Source: Microcoleus sp.
Lineage (GTDB): Bacteria > Cyanobacteriota > Cyanobacteriia > Cyanobacteriales > Microcoleaceae
Assembly (NCBI GenBank): GCA_042408215.1
Contig: JAYFMW010000005.1
Coordinates: 288,001-352,000 of the forward strand
Length of the DNA: 64,000 bases
Reading direction: 5' to 3'
Shown: piece after piece, positions 10,129-19,545 of the stretch
How the letters are laid out: every line of letters begins with the position of its first letter
Position numbering within the stretch: the stretch's first letter is position 1
Made by a program: the position numbers and the translations under genes
Notes under the pieces: generated by a model
Databases searched by the model: none
Told to the model about the DNA's origin: nothing
Seen by the model: only the letters and a program-made list of their open reading frames with translations

Positions 10129-11362
10129 CTACACCAACCACAAGCTGTCACCATTGGTGTAGGCTTCGCAACCAATCCGGCTATCGCTTAGGAGGCGTTG
10201 CGCTTTAAGAACGGGATGACCCACCGCTCTATTTTTTATATTTATTGCTCCATTGTGGTCACGGTCAAGACTACACCCACAATCAGGGTAATCGTGCCAT
10301 CTTTCCGGCAGTTGTTTAGGTACTTTCTCGCCACAATTAGAGCAATCTTGTGAAGTATTATAGGCCCTTACTGCGACTACCAACTTTCCCAGCATTTGCG
10401 GCTTTATTTGTTAGGATCGAGAGCAAGCTTGACCACCCAGCATCCAACACAGATTTAGCCAATCTGGTACGAGCAAGTCCTTTGACGTTTAACTCTTCAT
10501 GAGCAACTACGTCATATTTTGACAGCAGGTAATTAGCTGTCTTGAAATGGAAATCTTTCCTTTTATCGGCAACTTTCTTGTGTTTCCTACCAAGTTGTTT
10601 AACCGTTTTTTGCCTGCGGTTGCTTCCTTTTTTACGTCGTGAAACACGCTTTTGGATTACCCCTAGGCGTTTTTGTGCTTTACGGTAATATTGAGGAATA
10701 GCAACGGTTTCACCTTCAGAAGTTGTCAATAATTCCTTCAGCCCAACATCAATTCCAGTAATTTTATTTGGGTGAAAATCTGGCTGAATTTCAGGAACAG
10801 TTGAATCTTCCAAACTGAGAGTTGCATAGTACCCATCAGCTTTTTTGGTGATAGAAACGGTTTTGACTTTAAATCCATCAGGTATGGAGCGGTGTAAAAC
10901 AACCTTAACTTTCCCGAACATCTGTAAGTTAATCAGATTGCCTTGTAAGCACCCGTCCTCGATCTGAGGATAGGTAAAGGTGCGGTAACGACTGCGTGCT
11001 TTAAATCGAGGTCTACCGCTACGCTTTCCATTGCTATCACCTTTCAGGAAACGGTCAAAAGTTACCTTGACTCGTTTAACTACATCTTGGAGAACTTGAG
11101 AGTAAATCTCGGCATACCAAGGATGAGTTTTTTTGAGCTGAGGTAGCGTCTTTTTTTGGCTATAGTAATCTGGATTGTCTCGCAGTTCAGGCAAGTAACA
11201 AAGCAGAGGACAAGCATTAATAGGAGAACGGTTTTGTTCGTACCAGTTAAATCTATCCGCCAACACATAGTGATACTGAGCGCATAGCATCGACAGCCAT
11301 CTGTCAAGCTCAATCGCTTGTAACTTTGTTGGACGTAATCGATACTGATAAGAGGTTCTCAT
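10129..11362 (-). pseudogene. tnpB: TnpB with a frameshift near 10385; element right end GAAG-hairpin-TCAC at 10119
   Basis: [17 protein letters not shown] and HEEL in one frame; TSQDCSNCG...LDRDHNGA in another. Confidence 0.88.
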
Positions 11363-11390
11363 TGACCAGACCCTATGGTTCGTGCTATAA

Positions 11391-11852
11391 TTGACACTCC
11401 CCGGCATGAATGCGCGGGGATTCTTGGTTCACCGATACACCTTTAAATTGCCTATCCTTTCGGCATTACTTAAACCAAAAACCCGTTCAATAGAACTAAG
11501 TTTCGAGCCTAAGTTAGACAATCCCAGAGGGCTGATCTCCCCAAGCGATAGAGAGTTTCCTCTCTTGTTTCCCTGTGCCCCACGGTACGTTTAATATTCA
11601 AGATTTTAGTTTTCTGGTCTGGGTTACGTTAGTTACCCTAGCTATGTTTTTCGTGGTGTTCGCCACCCACTAACCATTATTATTTCCCGACCAGTCGTTT
11701 GAGCTTGGTGCGCACTGTGTATCGGCGGTTATTCTACCTGTAGTATTACTCTATTGTACCATACTGTTCAATTAATTTTCGGAAACCTTGAACCGGAAAT
11801 TTAGATCGTTAAAGCCGTCCTAAAAGGACGGGGCTTTAGACCTAATTTACTG
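11391..11852 (-). mobile_element. ORF-less IS200/IS605 element encoding a putative expanded omegaRNA
   Basis: TTAC target, AAAG+CCCCGTCCTTTTAGGACGG left-end hairpin, GAAT-hairpin-TCAA right end, TGGTACAAT extended -10, GTGGGGCACA/CGCTTGGGGA scaffold motifs. Confidence 0.85.
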
Positions 11853-12049
11853 GTAAGTTAACTCACTGTCAACCCACTGTCAACCCACTGTCAATGCCAT
11901 TTCAAAAAAACCATAAACTCGACCCAAAGAAACGGTTAAAACGCCATTGAGACAAGGAAATAATCGGATTCAAAGGCCTTGTCGGGCAAAAATAGAAAAT
12001 TAAAACTGTTCCTGACTGGCAAGAACGTCTCAGGGAATTTGTCGATAAA

Positions 12050-12117
12050 TTACGCTCAATGTACCGCATTTCGACTAGGCTCAATGCACCACATTTCGAC
12101 TAGGCTCAATGCACCGC
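12050..12117. repeat. Tandem small dispersed repeats (CATTTCGACTAGGCTCAATGCACC)
   Basis: About 25-nt unit in 2-3 copies; related copies near 4516, 14974, 32796, 53182 and 60409. Confidence 0.75.
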
Positions 12118-12348
12118 CTCATCATCGTGAACAACTATGAGTCATTTTAGAAAAGTATTTGCCTATTTAGTCAAGCTCCACCCTTAAGGGTTTGACAGTA
12201 GCCACTCTATTTCTAATATTATATCCTAGAATCTTGCGAGCGCTGGTTTTTTTTTCGCTAACCCACCCAAATTAATGATTCTGGGTGGGGAATGGGGCCC
12301 GCGATGTAGTTCTCAATTTCCCATAATCCCTCAGACTTTTACACTTTT

Positions 12349-13059
12349 TTACACTAGGAGGCGCTCCAGGGCGTGCAGGTCAGGAATGCACAGAACGTCA
12401 CGATCGCGCTGAATACTTCCTTTTTTTTCCAGCTTGCTGAGCACCCGCGTGACGGTTTCCCGAGCTAGCCCGCTGAGGCTGCTCAATTCTCGGTGTGGCA
12501 AGTTGGGAATTTCTGTACCTCCTGTTGACATAATTTTGCCTTGCCCCTCGGCCAAAAACAAGAGAATATCTGCTACTCGCGAGGTGCTATCCGACTCTCG
12601 CAAGCGCAGGCGACGGTTGACTTGCCGCAGCCGACGGGCCATCAGTTGAGCCAGCCGAATGCCTGCGAGGGGCTCGGTGTGAATTAGCTGTACAAAATCT
12701 TGAGATGGCATATTGCCGATCAGCGTCGGAGCTAGGGTGATGACATCTGTCGATCGCGGTGCTTCTTCGATCGCAGCCATTTCGCCAAACAGTTCTCCTT
12801 TGCCCAAAATATTGAGCGTTACTTCTTTTCCATCTAGGTTGTAGGTGCGAATTTTCACCCAACCGTCCAATATGAAATACACTGATGTTCCCCAGTCATT
12901 TTCCAGCAAAATCACTTGATTTGGCGGATGGCTGCGGGTAACGATGTGGACAGTCGCTCTCTCGATTACAGGAGCGGGCAAGCCCGCAAAAAAAGGAGTA
13001 GATACTATCAATTGATTTATATTGGAATTCGGATCTCGGGTGTTAAAGCGGTCTTCCAT
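12349..13059 (-). CDS. crp: Crp/Fnr-family regulator (cAMP receptor protein-like)
   Basis: FGEMA..PRS cNMP pocket; GLARETVTRVL HTH. Confidence 0.85.
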   Translation of the reverse strand: MEDRFNTRDPNSNINQLIVSTPFFAGLPAPVIERATVHIVTRSHPPNQVILLENDWGTSVYFILDGWVKIRTYNLDGKEVTLNILGKGELFGEMAAIEEAPRSTDVITLAPTLIGNMPSQDFVQLIHTEPLAGIRLAQLMARRLRQVNRRLRLRESDSTSRVADILLFLAEGQGKIMSTGGTEIPNLPHRELSSLSGLARETVTRVLSKLEKKGSIQRDRDVLCIPDLHALERLLV

Positions 13060-13445
13060 GAGGCCATCATTTTAATTTATGCGCTGGTGCTGCGCTGGGC
13101 AGTTAGAAATAGCTTGCAGCCGAGTCATTGAATTTGAGATTTGAGAAACAAGGAGCTCAAATCGGCAATTTTACCTCTCAAGTTTTGCGGTCAAAGGTCG
13201 AGTCAGGGAATTAATAGCCTAAAGCTGTGATTGCGAGCTATAAACCAAAGATTATACCATAAAATTTGCTCTCCACACCAGCGATCGAAGTCAGAGTGAG
13301 AAACTGCGATCGGCGTGGTCAGGGATGAGCTACAGCTACTGGAGGCGAAGTTTTCCAGAAACCGCTCCTAGCGACCCCACATCATTGTACCATTAATGTC
13401 TACCCATAAATAAAGCTCACAAGCCATGATTAAGGCTGAGTAGAG

Positions 13446-13873
13446 GTCAAAAACCCACCGCGAACCCCTTCGGGTCGAGTTGGGGCTTGAACAAAAGTCG
13501 TGGTATAGTTGAGCGGATTTCGCTCCCGCGTCCTTGACCAGATTGCTTGGGGTAGGAGAGGAGTCGGCAGAGATGGACTAAATGGCCCAAAAAATTACTA
13601 AACTTAGTCATACTTAACTTGACTGATTAACATTGTGGGCAGTATGATTACACCAATGCCTAAAAAAGGCTTAATTATCTGGTTTGTAAACCACAGTTTT
13701 GTCAAAACTGACCAGCCTGTAAAAAGGTCGAACGGGAGTCCGCGTTTCGTTAAATTGGTTGAAAATAGTGGATGACTCATGGCTAAAAGCTTCAACTAAG
13801 ATTAATTAAATTAGGGCGATGCTCCACCCGAATTAACGCCTGTGGACAAGAATGAGCCGACTCCCTTGGATGA
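13446..13873 (+). mobile_element. Putative ORF-less element with an IscB-element-like end and a structured RNA interior
   Basis: GTCAA..ACCCACC...TGGGGCTTGAA...TTGACCAG resembles the end at 10108; finishes at GATGA; GGAGTCGGC/GCCGACTCC closing stem. Confidence 0.55.
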
Positions 13874-13941
13874 AACAGGAAGCAGACCCTTCAGAAGTAA
13901 TTCTGATTGAATGGTGAGACTTAAATAAGTTTAGCCAAGTT

Positions 13942-16900
13942 TTGTATAGCAGACAGTTATGGATAGGTTCTAGACAGCAGGTTCCGCCCTTGAATTCTCA
14001 GAATAAGTACAAAATTCAAGCACTGATTGCTGAGATTGACGAGGTACTCAGCAAGCCCGTACCCCGGTTTCCTTGGACGGGTTCGATGGATACTGTCCAT
14101 CAGCGTCAGCTTTTAGAGCGTGTTCGCACCTATCTGGTTTCGCCAGACTCAAAGCTAGTGGCCGACAAAGAACTTTCAAGCAGCCCAAGATTCCGCCCGG
14201 AAGTAGTGGGAGGAACGGAATCGACAGTGGCTACTAACCAGCAAGCGGTAGACCAAATCTTGCTGGCCGTAACCGGAGAAATCAGCCACCTGCGATCGGA
14301 GCTGATGCAGCCTCTCCAGGAAGATATACAAGCTCTAATGCAGGAGCAAGAAGCTCTAGTTCAAGAAATTCAACAGTTGGAAGCAAAACGGCAGCAGCAA
14401 CAATCCTTAGCTCAGCAACAAGCAAACCAACAGCAAATCATTGCGGAATTTTTGCAGGCGTTGACGCTCAGCTTGCAAGAAACTCTCGCTCGCGGTGTAT
14501 TCCGCCCAAGTGTGGAAAATCAGTGGTTACGGGGCGCTCAGGCGACCGATCGGGATCGGGGATCGGACTCGTCCCGACTTGAGCCGAGCCAACAAACCAA
14601 GGGAGAACCGGGGGAGATGACGGGGACCGAGGAGATTGACAGGAAGTTGCAACTGTTCGAAGCTAATGTCGATCGCCTGATGACGAGGCTGGATTCGACA
14701 ATGAGTATTGTGTTCGAGACCTTGGAAGCAAATCTGCAAAGTTATCAAGAATCCTTGAGCCAGGGAATCGAAAAAATGCACGGCTTGGACCAGCAGAGCG
14801 AGGTGATGTTCACGGCTTTGGTCAACCACTTGGCTGCACAGTTGGGGCGAGAAGCTTCTTCCTATTTGCAGCAGCCTTTCGACTTGTCCACTGCAAAGAG
14901 TGAAACCTCAACCGCAGTCGAACGCACCCCAGCCAGTCCGCTGCTCCCAAATCCGGCAGAATCTGAGTCAACACTTCGACTACGCTCTGTTACCGCCGCA
15001 GAGACTCCAATTCCAAATGCGCTCGTGGAAAGTGAAAATCTCCCCAGGAGTCAATTTGGAGAACAAGAAAGACTCCCCTACGCCGGTACAGAAATGTCTC
15101 CGCAATTCGGACAGTTGAGGCGCGAGCGCGACCGGAATCAATTGCCGATCTCGCTGCCAGATTTGGAAGAAAATTTGTTCGGTGATGAGTCTTTGGACTC
15201 ACGAGCCACAACTGGGTTCCCAGGGGCTGAGTCGGAAGTTCAGTTGGCCCAAACCGGTGAAGATGTTGAGGATTTATACGCGAGTTTGTTCACGGGAGAG
15301 GAAGTCGCTGAACTAGAACTCGAAGACTTCACCATCGAAAATACCGAAAATGCAGTCTCCAGAGAATTGGTGCAATCTCAAATTCCTCCAGAATATGACA
15401 ATTCTGAACCCTTAATTGCTGCGGTCGATTTGTTGGCAAATCTGCTGGATGAAGACGAGTCCGTAGAAGAGTTTCTAGGGCGTGAAAATTCAGACTTCGT
15501 AGCAGCTCATTACGTAGAGGATATAACTTTAGATACAGAAGATTTATTTGCTCCAGAAGTTGCGGGATTACCTCAGTTGTCAGCACCATTAGCCTCAACA
15601 TCGGAGCCACAACTAGACCTCGAAGAGCCAAAAAATCAAGAAATAGCGCCCAACCAGGCTGAACTAGACAGTGCTGCTGCCCATAAAACCAGACCTTTGC
15701 CCCCACCGCCGCCGCCGCCCGCTTTCAGAACGACGCCAGAAACTACCTCGAAGCTCCCCGCTGCTGCGCCCGGAGTGGCCAGTGTTGGGGATGTTCAAGC
15801 AGGCGAGTTAGGGGCGGTGGCCGAGCGACTAGATGATGCTTACATCCAAGCTTCGCCGGACGAAGATTTACTGCCTTCTGCTCGCTCAGAGGATAGCCTC
15901 GATCGAACTCTAAATTTGGACAACAATACTCTGCAACAGTTGGAGGCAGACCTCTACAGTATGGAGGGAGCGGAAAATCAGATCGAGAGGCGATCGCCAC
16001 CCTCAGCGGCCCTAAACTCCCAACAGTTGGTCGATTACCCAGACGGGAATGCAGAAACACCGCCCGACGATCGCCATAACGGGCAGGCTGCGGAAGAACT
16101 CGCCACCCTGGATGATTTGTTTGCTCATGTGTTAGAAGTCTCATCAGACGAAGATGAAACTTTGAGTTGGGAAGAGGAACTCGATGCTGAGTTGTTTTCA
16201 TCCAGCGAAGGATCAAGCCTCAGCCTAGACGAGATTTTGGTGAGTTTGACTCAGACAGAGCTCCCTCCCATGAATTCTCCAAATCAAGAGTCAGAAACCG
16301 CAGAGGAAACAAACGCACCGCAGTCAAATTCTGGGGAAATTCAAAAAAAAAACCTAATTTCGATAGAGACTAAAGCAGAAGTTATTCAGGGGAAAAACGA
16401 GTTAGCAGTTCCTCCGCAACCAGATGCCGATGGTGTCGCAGCGGTTTTATTGATGGGGAAAACTCTGACGAATGACGAAGGCCGATCGCCCTCTTTATTC
16501 TCTACAGCTCACCCCCAGGAACTAAGGAGATCTAACTGGTATTTGGGCATAGATTTGGGTTCAACAGGGCTTTCAGCAGCATTGCTCGATCGCACAACCC
16601 GCCAGGTGTATCCGATTTATTGGGAGGCAAGACGGGCTTTTGGCGCACCGCAGGATGGAGATTCTGAGGCCTGTCGCAGTTGTCGGATTCCGTCGGTAGC
16701 GGTTCTGGAAGACTCAGCTAATTCCAGTGACTCCCGACAAGCAGCAACAACTGCTGGGCAGTTTTTACTGCAAAATTTTAAGTTGCTGTTAAAGGTTGGG
16801 ATTCCCGATCGCGATGAGGTGACTGGGATCTACGAGCCGGTGTTTCAATTGTCCCAGGATCGGGCTGTGTCGATCGCCTTGCCGCTGCAAGGTTTGCGGG

Positions 16901-18483
16901 CGCTGCTGGCTACATTGGCTGGTTCTGTCAAGAGCAGTATTCAGCCGCCAACGGACGCGGATTCTGCAACCACAGGGCATCAGGAAGGGTTGCTAGTTCC
17001 TAATTTAGTCTGTAGAGCTTGCGGTTTCGCGGATCAGTCTTCTCTTGATGCGGCGCTGGAAGACTTACAGGGCGTAATTTTGGGCAGTCCCGCCCATTGG
17101 TCCGATGCTTATCGGTTTAATCTGCGCGAGGCGGTTTTGGGTGCGGGTTTGGTGGGGGATAGTTCGCAAATTTTTGTGGTGGAAGATGCGATCGCCACTT
17201 TGCTTTCGGCTGTGACTTCTGTGACGAATCTTAATTTAACACCGGGGCGATCGCGCGCTTCGACGGAGTTTACCCTGAGTCCTGAGCTATGCGTTGGATC
17301 TGAAGGGCTCAGGGACCAGCATCAGGCGCTTGACGAACAATCTTTGAGCGGGGGCACTCTAATTCTGAATGCGGGTGCGGCGACAGTGGAATTAGCATTA
17401 GTTGACTTGCCGGAAAATATGCAAGATTTAACCTATGCTGATTTTACTTGCCAAAGTTTTGCTTATGCAGGCAATGCCTTCGATCAGGATATCATCTGTC
17501 AGTTGCTGGCGAGTATGTTATCAAAGAGTGAAACTTTTGGAATGTCGATCGAATTGCCGCGTCCGGGACATCCAGATTTACCAAGTCGCTATCAATTACA
17601 GCAACGGTTGCAGAGTTCGGATTTGGGTCTGCAATTGTTGGAAGCAGCGAGACATTTGAAAGTGATTTTGCAACATCAAGAAAGCTTTGTTTTGGAACTT
17701 GGTCAGCAGCGCCTGGAAGTGAAGCGACGGGATTTGGAAAATCAGGTTTTGGTACCTTTTGTGCAGCAGTTGAACCGCGAATTGAATGCATTGCTAAGCC
17801 GTGTGAGAATGTCGCCGGTGGCGATAAATCAGGTTATTTGTACGGGGGGAATGGGCTCTTGGCCCTCCTTGGCCGGCTGGTTGCGACAGAAACTTCCCAA
17901 TGCGCGAGTGATTCAAGACCAAGAATTGGATGCAGCGGGAGAGGTTTCTCCTGTGCCGAATGCTGGATTGAAAAGCACAGATTTTAATTTAAAATTCTGT
18001 CGAGTGGCTTGTGGTTTGGCGAGTTTGGCTCTCTATCCTCAAATTTTAGATGTGCCGCGGCAGCAGTACAGCGACTTTTTCCTGCTGTGGGAATTAATGC
18101 AGGTTCTCGGAGAGGAAACTTTGAGCTTTGAGGAAATTGTGCAGTTATTGGAGCGCCAGGGTGTTAATACCCGCACCTGCGAACCCCGGCTGCTGGGGAT
18201 TTTGGAGGGGAGATTGCCGGCTGGACTTTTACCGACTGAGGAAGATTTAATGCTGCTGACGGAGGAGTCGAGGCAAAATCCCTATTGGGAGGCAATTTCC
18301 GCTGCGCCGCTTTTCTTTAGTATGTTTTCAAAGAGTGTCGATCGAGGTTTTCGATTGAATGTCGAACACGCTTCTATTGTCCGCGAATATTTAAGCAAAC
18401 TCGCCTCTAGCAGCCAGCAGTATGTTGTCAAAGAGTTGTTGGAACCGCTGACGATTGCTTGGGATGTTCGCAGCGATATTTAA
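13942..18483 (+). CDS. Large protein: N-terminal coiled coil, acidic low-complexity middle, C-terminal actin-like/Hsp70-type domain
   Basis: WYLGIDLGSTG, LILNAGAATVE and ICTGGMG motifs; true start uncertain (possibly TTG 13990). Confidence 0.8.
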   Translation: MYSRQLWIGSRQQVPPLNSQNKYKIQALIAEIDEVLSKPVPRFPWTGSMDTVHQRQLLERVRTYLVSPDSKLVADKELSSSPRFRPEVVGGTESTVATNQQAVDQILLAVTGEISHLRSELMQPLQEDIQALMQEQEALVQEIQQLEAKRQQQQSLAQQQANQQQIIAEFLQALTLSLQETLARGVFRPSVENQWLRGAQATDRDRGSDSSRLEPSQQTKGEPGEMTGTEEIDRKLQLFEANVDRLMTRLDSTMSIVFETLEANLQSYQESLSQGIEKMHGLDQQSEVMFTALVNHLAAQLGREASSYLQQPFDLSTAKSETSTAVERTPASPLLPNPAESESTLRLRSVTAAETPIPNALVESENLPRSQFGEQERLPYAGTEMSPQFGQLRRERDRNQLPISLPDLEENLFGDESLDSRATTGFPGAESEVQLAQTGEDVEDLYASLFTGEEVAELELEDFTIENTENAVSRELVQSQIPPEYDNSEPLIAAVDLLANLLDEDESVEEFLGRENSDFVAAHYVEDITLDTEDLFAPEVAGLPQLSAPLASTSEPQLDLEEPKNQEIAPNQAELDSAAAHKTRPLPPPPPPPAFRTTPETTSKLPAAAPGVASVGDVQAGELGAVAERLDDAYIQASPDEDLLPSARSEDSLDRTLNLDNNTLQQLEADLYSMEGAENQIERRSPPSAALNSQQLVDYPDGNAETPPDDRHNGQAAEELATLDDLFAHVLEVSSDEDETLSWEEELDAELFSSSEGSSLSLDEILVSLTQTELPPMNSPNQESETAEETNAPQSNSGEIQKKNLISIETKAEVIQGKNELAVPPQPDADGVAAVLLMGKTLTNDEGRSPSLFSTAHPQELRRSNWYLGIDLGSTGLSAALLDRTTRQVYPIYWEARRAFGAPQDGDSEACRSCRIPSVAVLEDSANSSDSRQAATTAGQFLLQNFKLLLKVGIPDRDEVTGIYEPVFQLSQDRAVSIALPLQGLRALLATLAGSVKSSIQPPTDADSATTGHQEGLLVPNLVCRACGFADQSSLDAALEDLQGVILGSPAHWSDAYRFNLREAVLGAGLVGDSSQIFVVEDAIATLLSAVTSVTNLNLTPGRSRASTEFTLSPELCVGSEGLRDQHQALDEQSLSGGTLILNAGAATVELALVDLPENMQDLTYADFTCQSFAYAGNAFDQDIICQLLASMLSKSETFGMSIELPRPGHPDLPSRYQLQQRLQSSDLGLQLLEAARHLKVILQHQESFVLELGQQRLEVKRRDLENQVLVPFVQQLNRELNALLSRVRMSPVAINQVICTGGMGSWPSLAGWLRQKLPNARVIQDQELDAAGEVSPVPNAGLKSTDFNLKFCRVACGLASLALYPQILDVPRQQYSDFFLLWELMQVLGEETLSFEEIVQLLERQGVNTRTCEPRLLGILEGRLPAGLLPTEEDLMLLTEESRQNPYWEAISAAPLFFSMFSKSVDRGFRLNVEHASIVREYLSKLASSSQQYVVKELLEPLTIAWDVRSDI

Positions 18484-18489
18484 AGGCTC

Positions 18490-18602
18490 TTCTTCCTTCT
18501 TCCTTCTTCCTTCTTCCTTCTTCCTTCTTCCTTCTTCCTTCTTCCTTCTTCCTTCCCAGCGTTACATCCGTTACATCCGTTACATCCGTTACAGAATCCG
18601 TT
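18490..18602. repeat. (CTTCCTT)n heptamers then (GTTACATCC)n nonamers
   Basis: Direct tandem repeats. Confidence 0.9.
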
Positions 18603-18622
18603 GCCGAACTTCCTTCTAATTT

Positions 18623-19141
18623 ATGAATTTGCCGAATTTGATTACTTTTTCTCGCTTGCTGGGAGTGCCTTTTCTGCTCTACGGTTTGTACGATCCAAGC
18701 GTGCAAAGTCGCTGGATTTGTGTGGCTATTTTTGTGGTGGCTGCGGCTACTGATTGGCTGGATGGCTATTTGGCTAGGAAGCTCAATCAAATTACGGATT
18801 TGGGGAAGTTTCTCGATCCTTTGGTGGATAAATTGTTAGTTTTAGCCCCGCTTTTAGTGTTGATTGAGTTGGGTAAAGTTCCTGCTTGGGGGGTGTTTTT
18901 GATTTTGGGTAGGGAGTTGACAATTGCGGGGTGGCGTGTTAATAAAACTAAAATTTCTGGTGCTAATATTTGGGGGAAGTTGAAGACGGTAAGTCAGATT
19001 GTGGCGATCGCACTTTTAATCGCTCCTCTCTCTGAAGCTTGGGATATTCCTGCACTAATTGCTTTTTGGATTTCTGTGGCTTTAACTTTGATTTCTGGAC
19101 TGATTTATCTCTGGCCGTCCAAGGTAGCCGATGAAAAGTAA
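18623..19141 (+). CDS. pgsA: CDP-diacylglycerol--glycerol-3-phosphate 3-phosphatidyltransferase
   Basis: NLPNLIT and DWLDGYLAR...GKFLDPLVDK signature. Confidence 0.95.
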   Translation: MNLPNLITFSRLLGVPFLLYGLYDPSVQSRWICVAIFVVAAATDWLDGYLARKLNQITDLGKFLDPLVDKLLVLAPLLVLIELGKVPAWGVFLILGRELTIAGWRVNKTKISGANIWGKLKTVSQIVAIALLIAPLSEAWDIPALIAFWISVALTLISGLIYLWPSKVADEK

Positions 19142-19317
19142 GCTACCTCCTTGATTACTGGTTCCAGGAATAGTTAATCTGTAGGGTGCGTCGCTACGAG
19201 ATATTGGATATAAATTGCAGATTGACCGATGGCGACGCACCGACGCTTGCCAGAAGATTATGTGTGCCACATATACATGGAATATGCTGTATTTGTAGGG
19301 ACTCCAAGATCCCATAG

Positions 19318-19514
19318 GTGTCAACTTAACGTTAAACCCAGTCACAGATTGCTGTTTGACCATTAAGCCTAGATCCCCCCTAACCCCCCTTAAGAAGGGG
19401 AGTAGGGGGTGGGACAGGAAGCCTCTTTAAGTCCCCCTTCTTAAGGGGGATTTAGGGGGATCTAGACTCAGCTAAAAACGAGATTTCTCAGGGCTTTCAG
19501 GCTTAAGTTGACAC
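19318..19514. mobile_element. MITE-like element with GTGTCAACTTAA/TTAAGTTGACAC ends
   Basis: 12-bp perfect inverted ends; internal CCCCC-TTAAG-GGGG hairpins; sits inside a degenerate REP. Confidence 0.7.
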
Positions 19515-19545
19515 TCCTTGGGCACTGCCCTGTCCTAGCCGTAGC

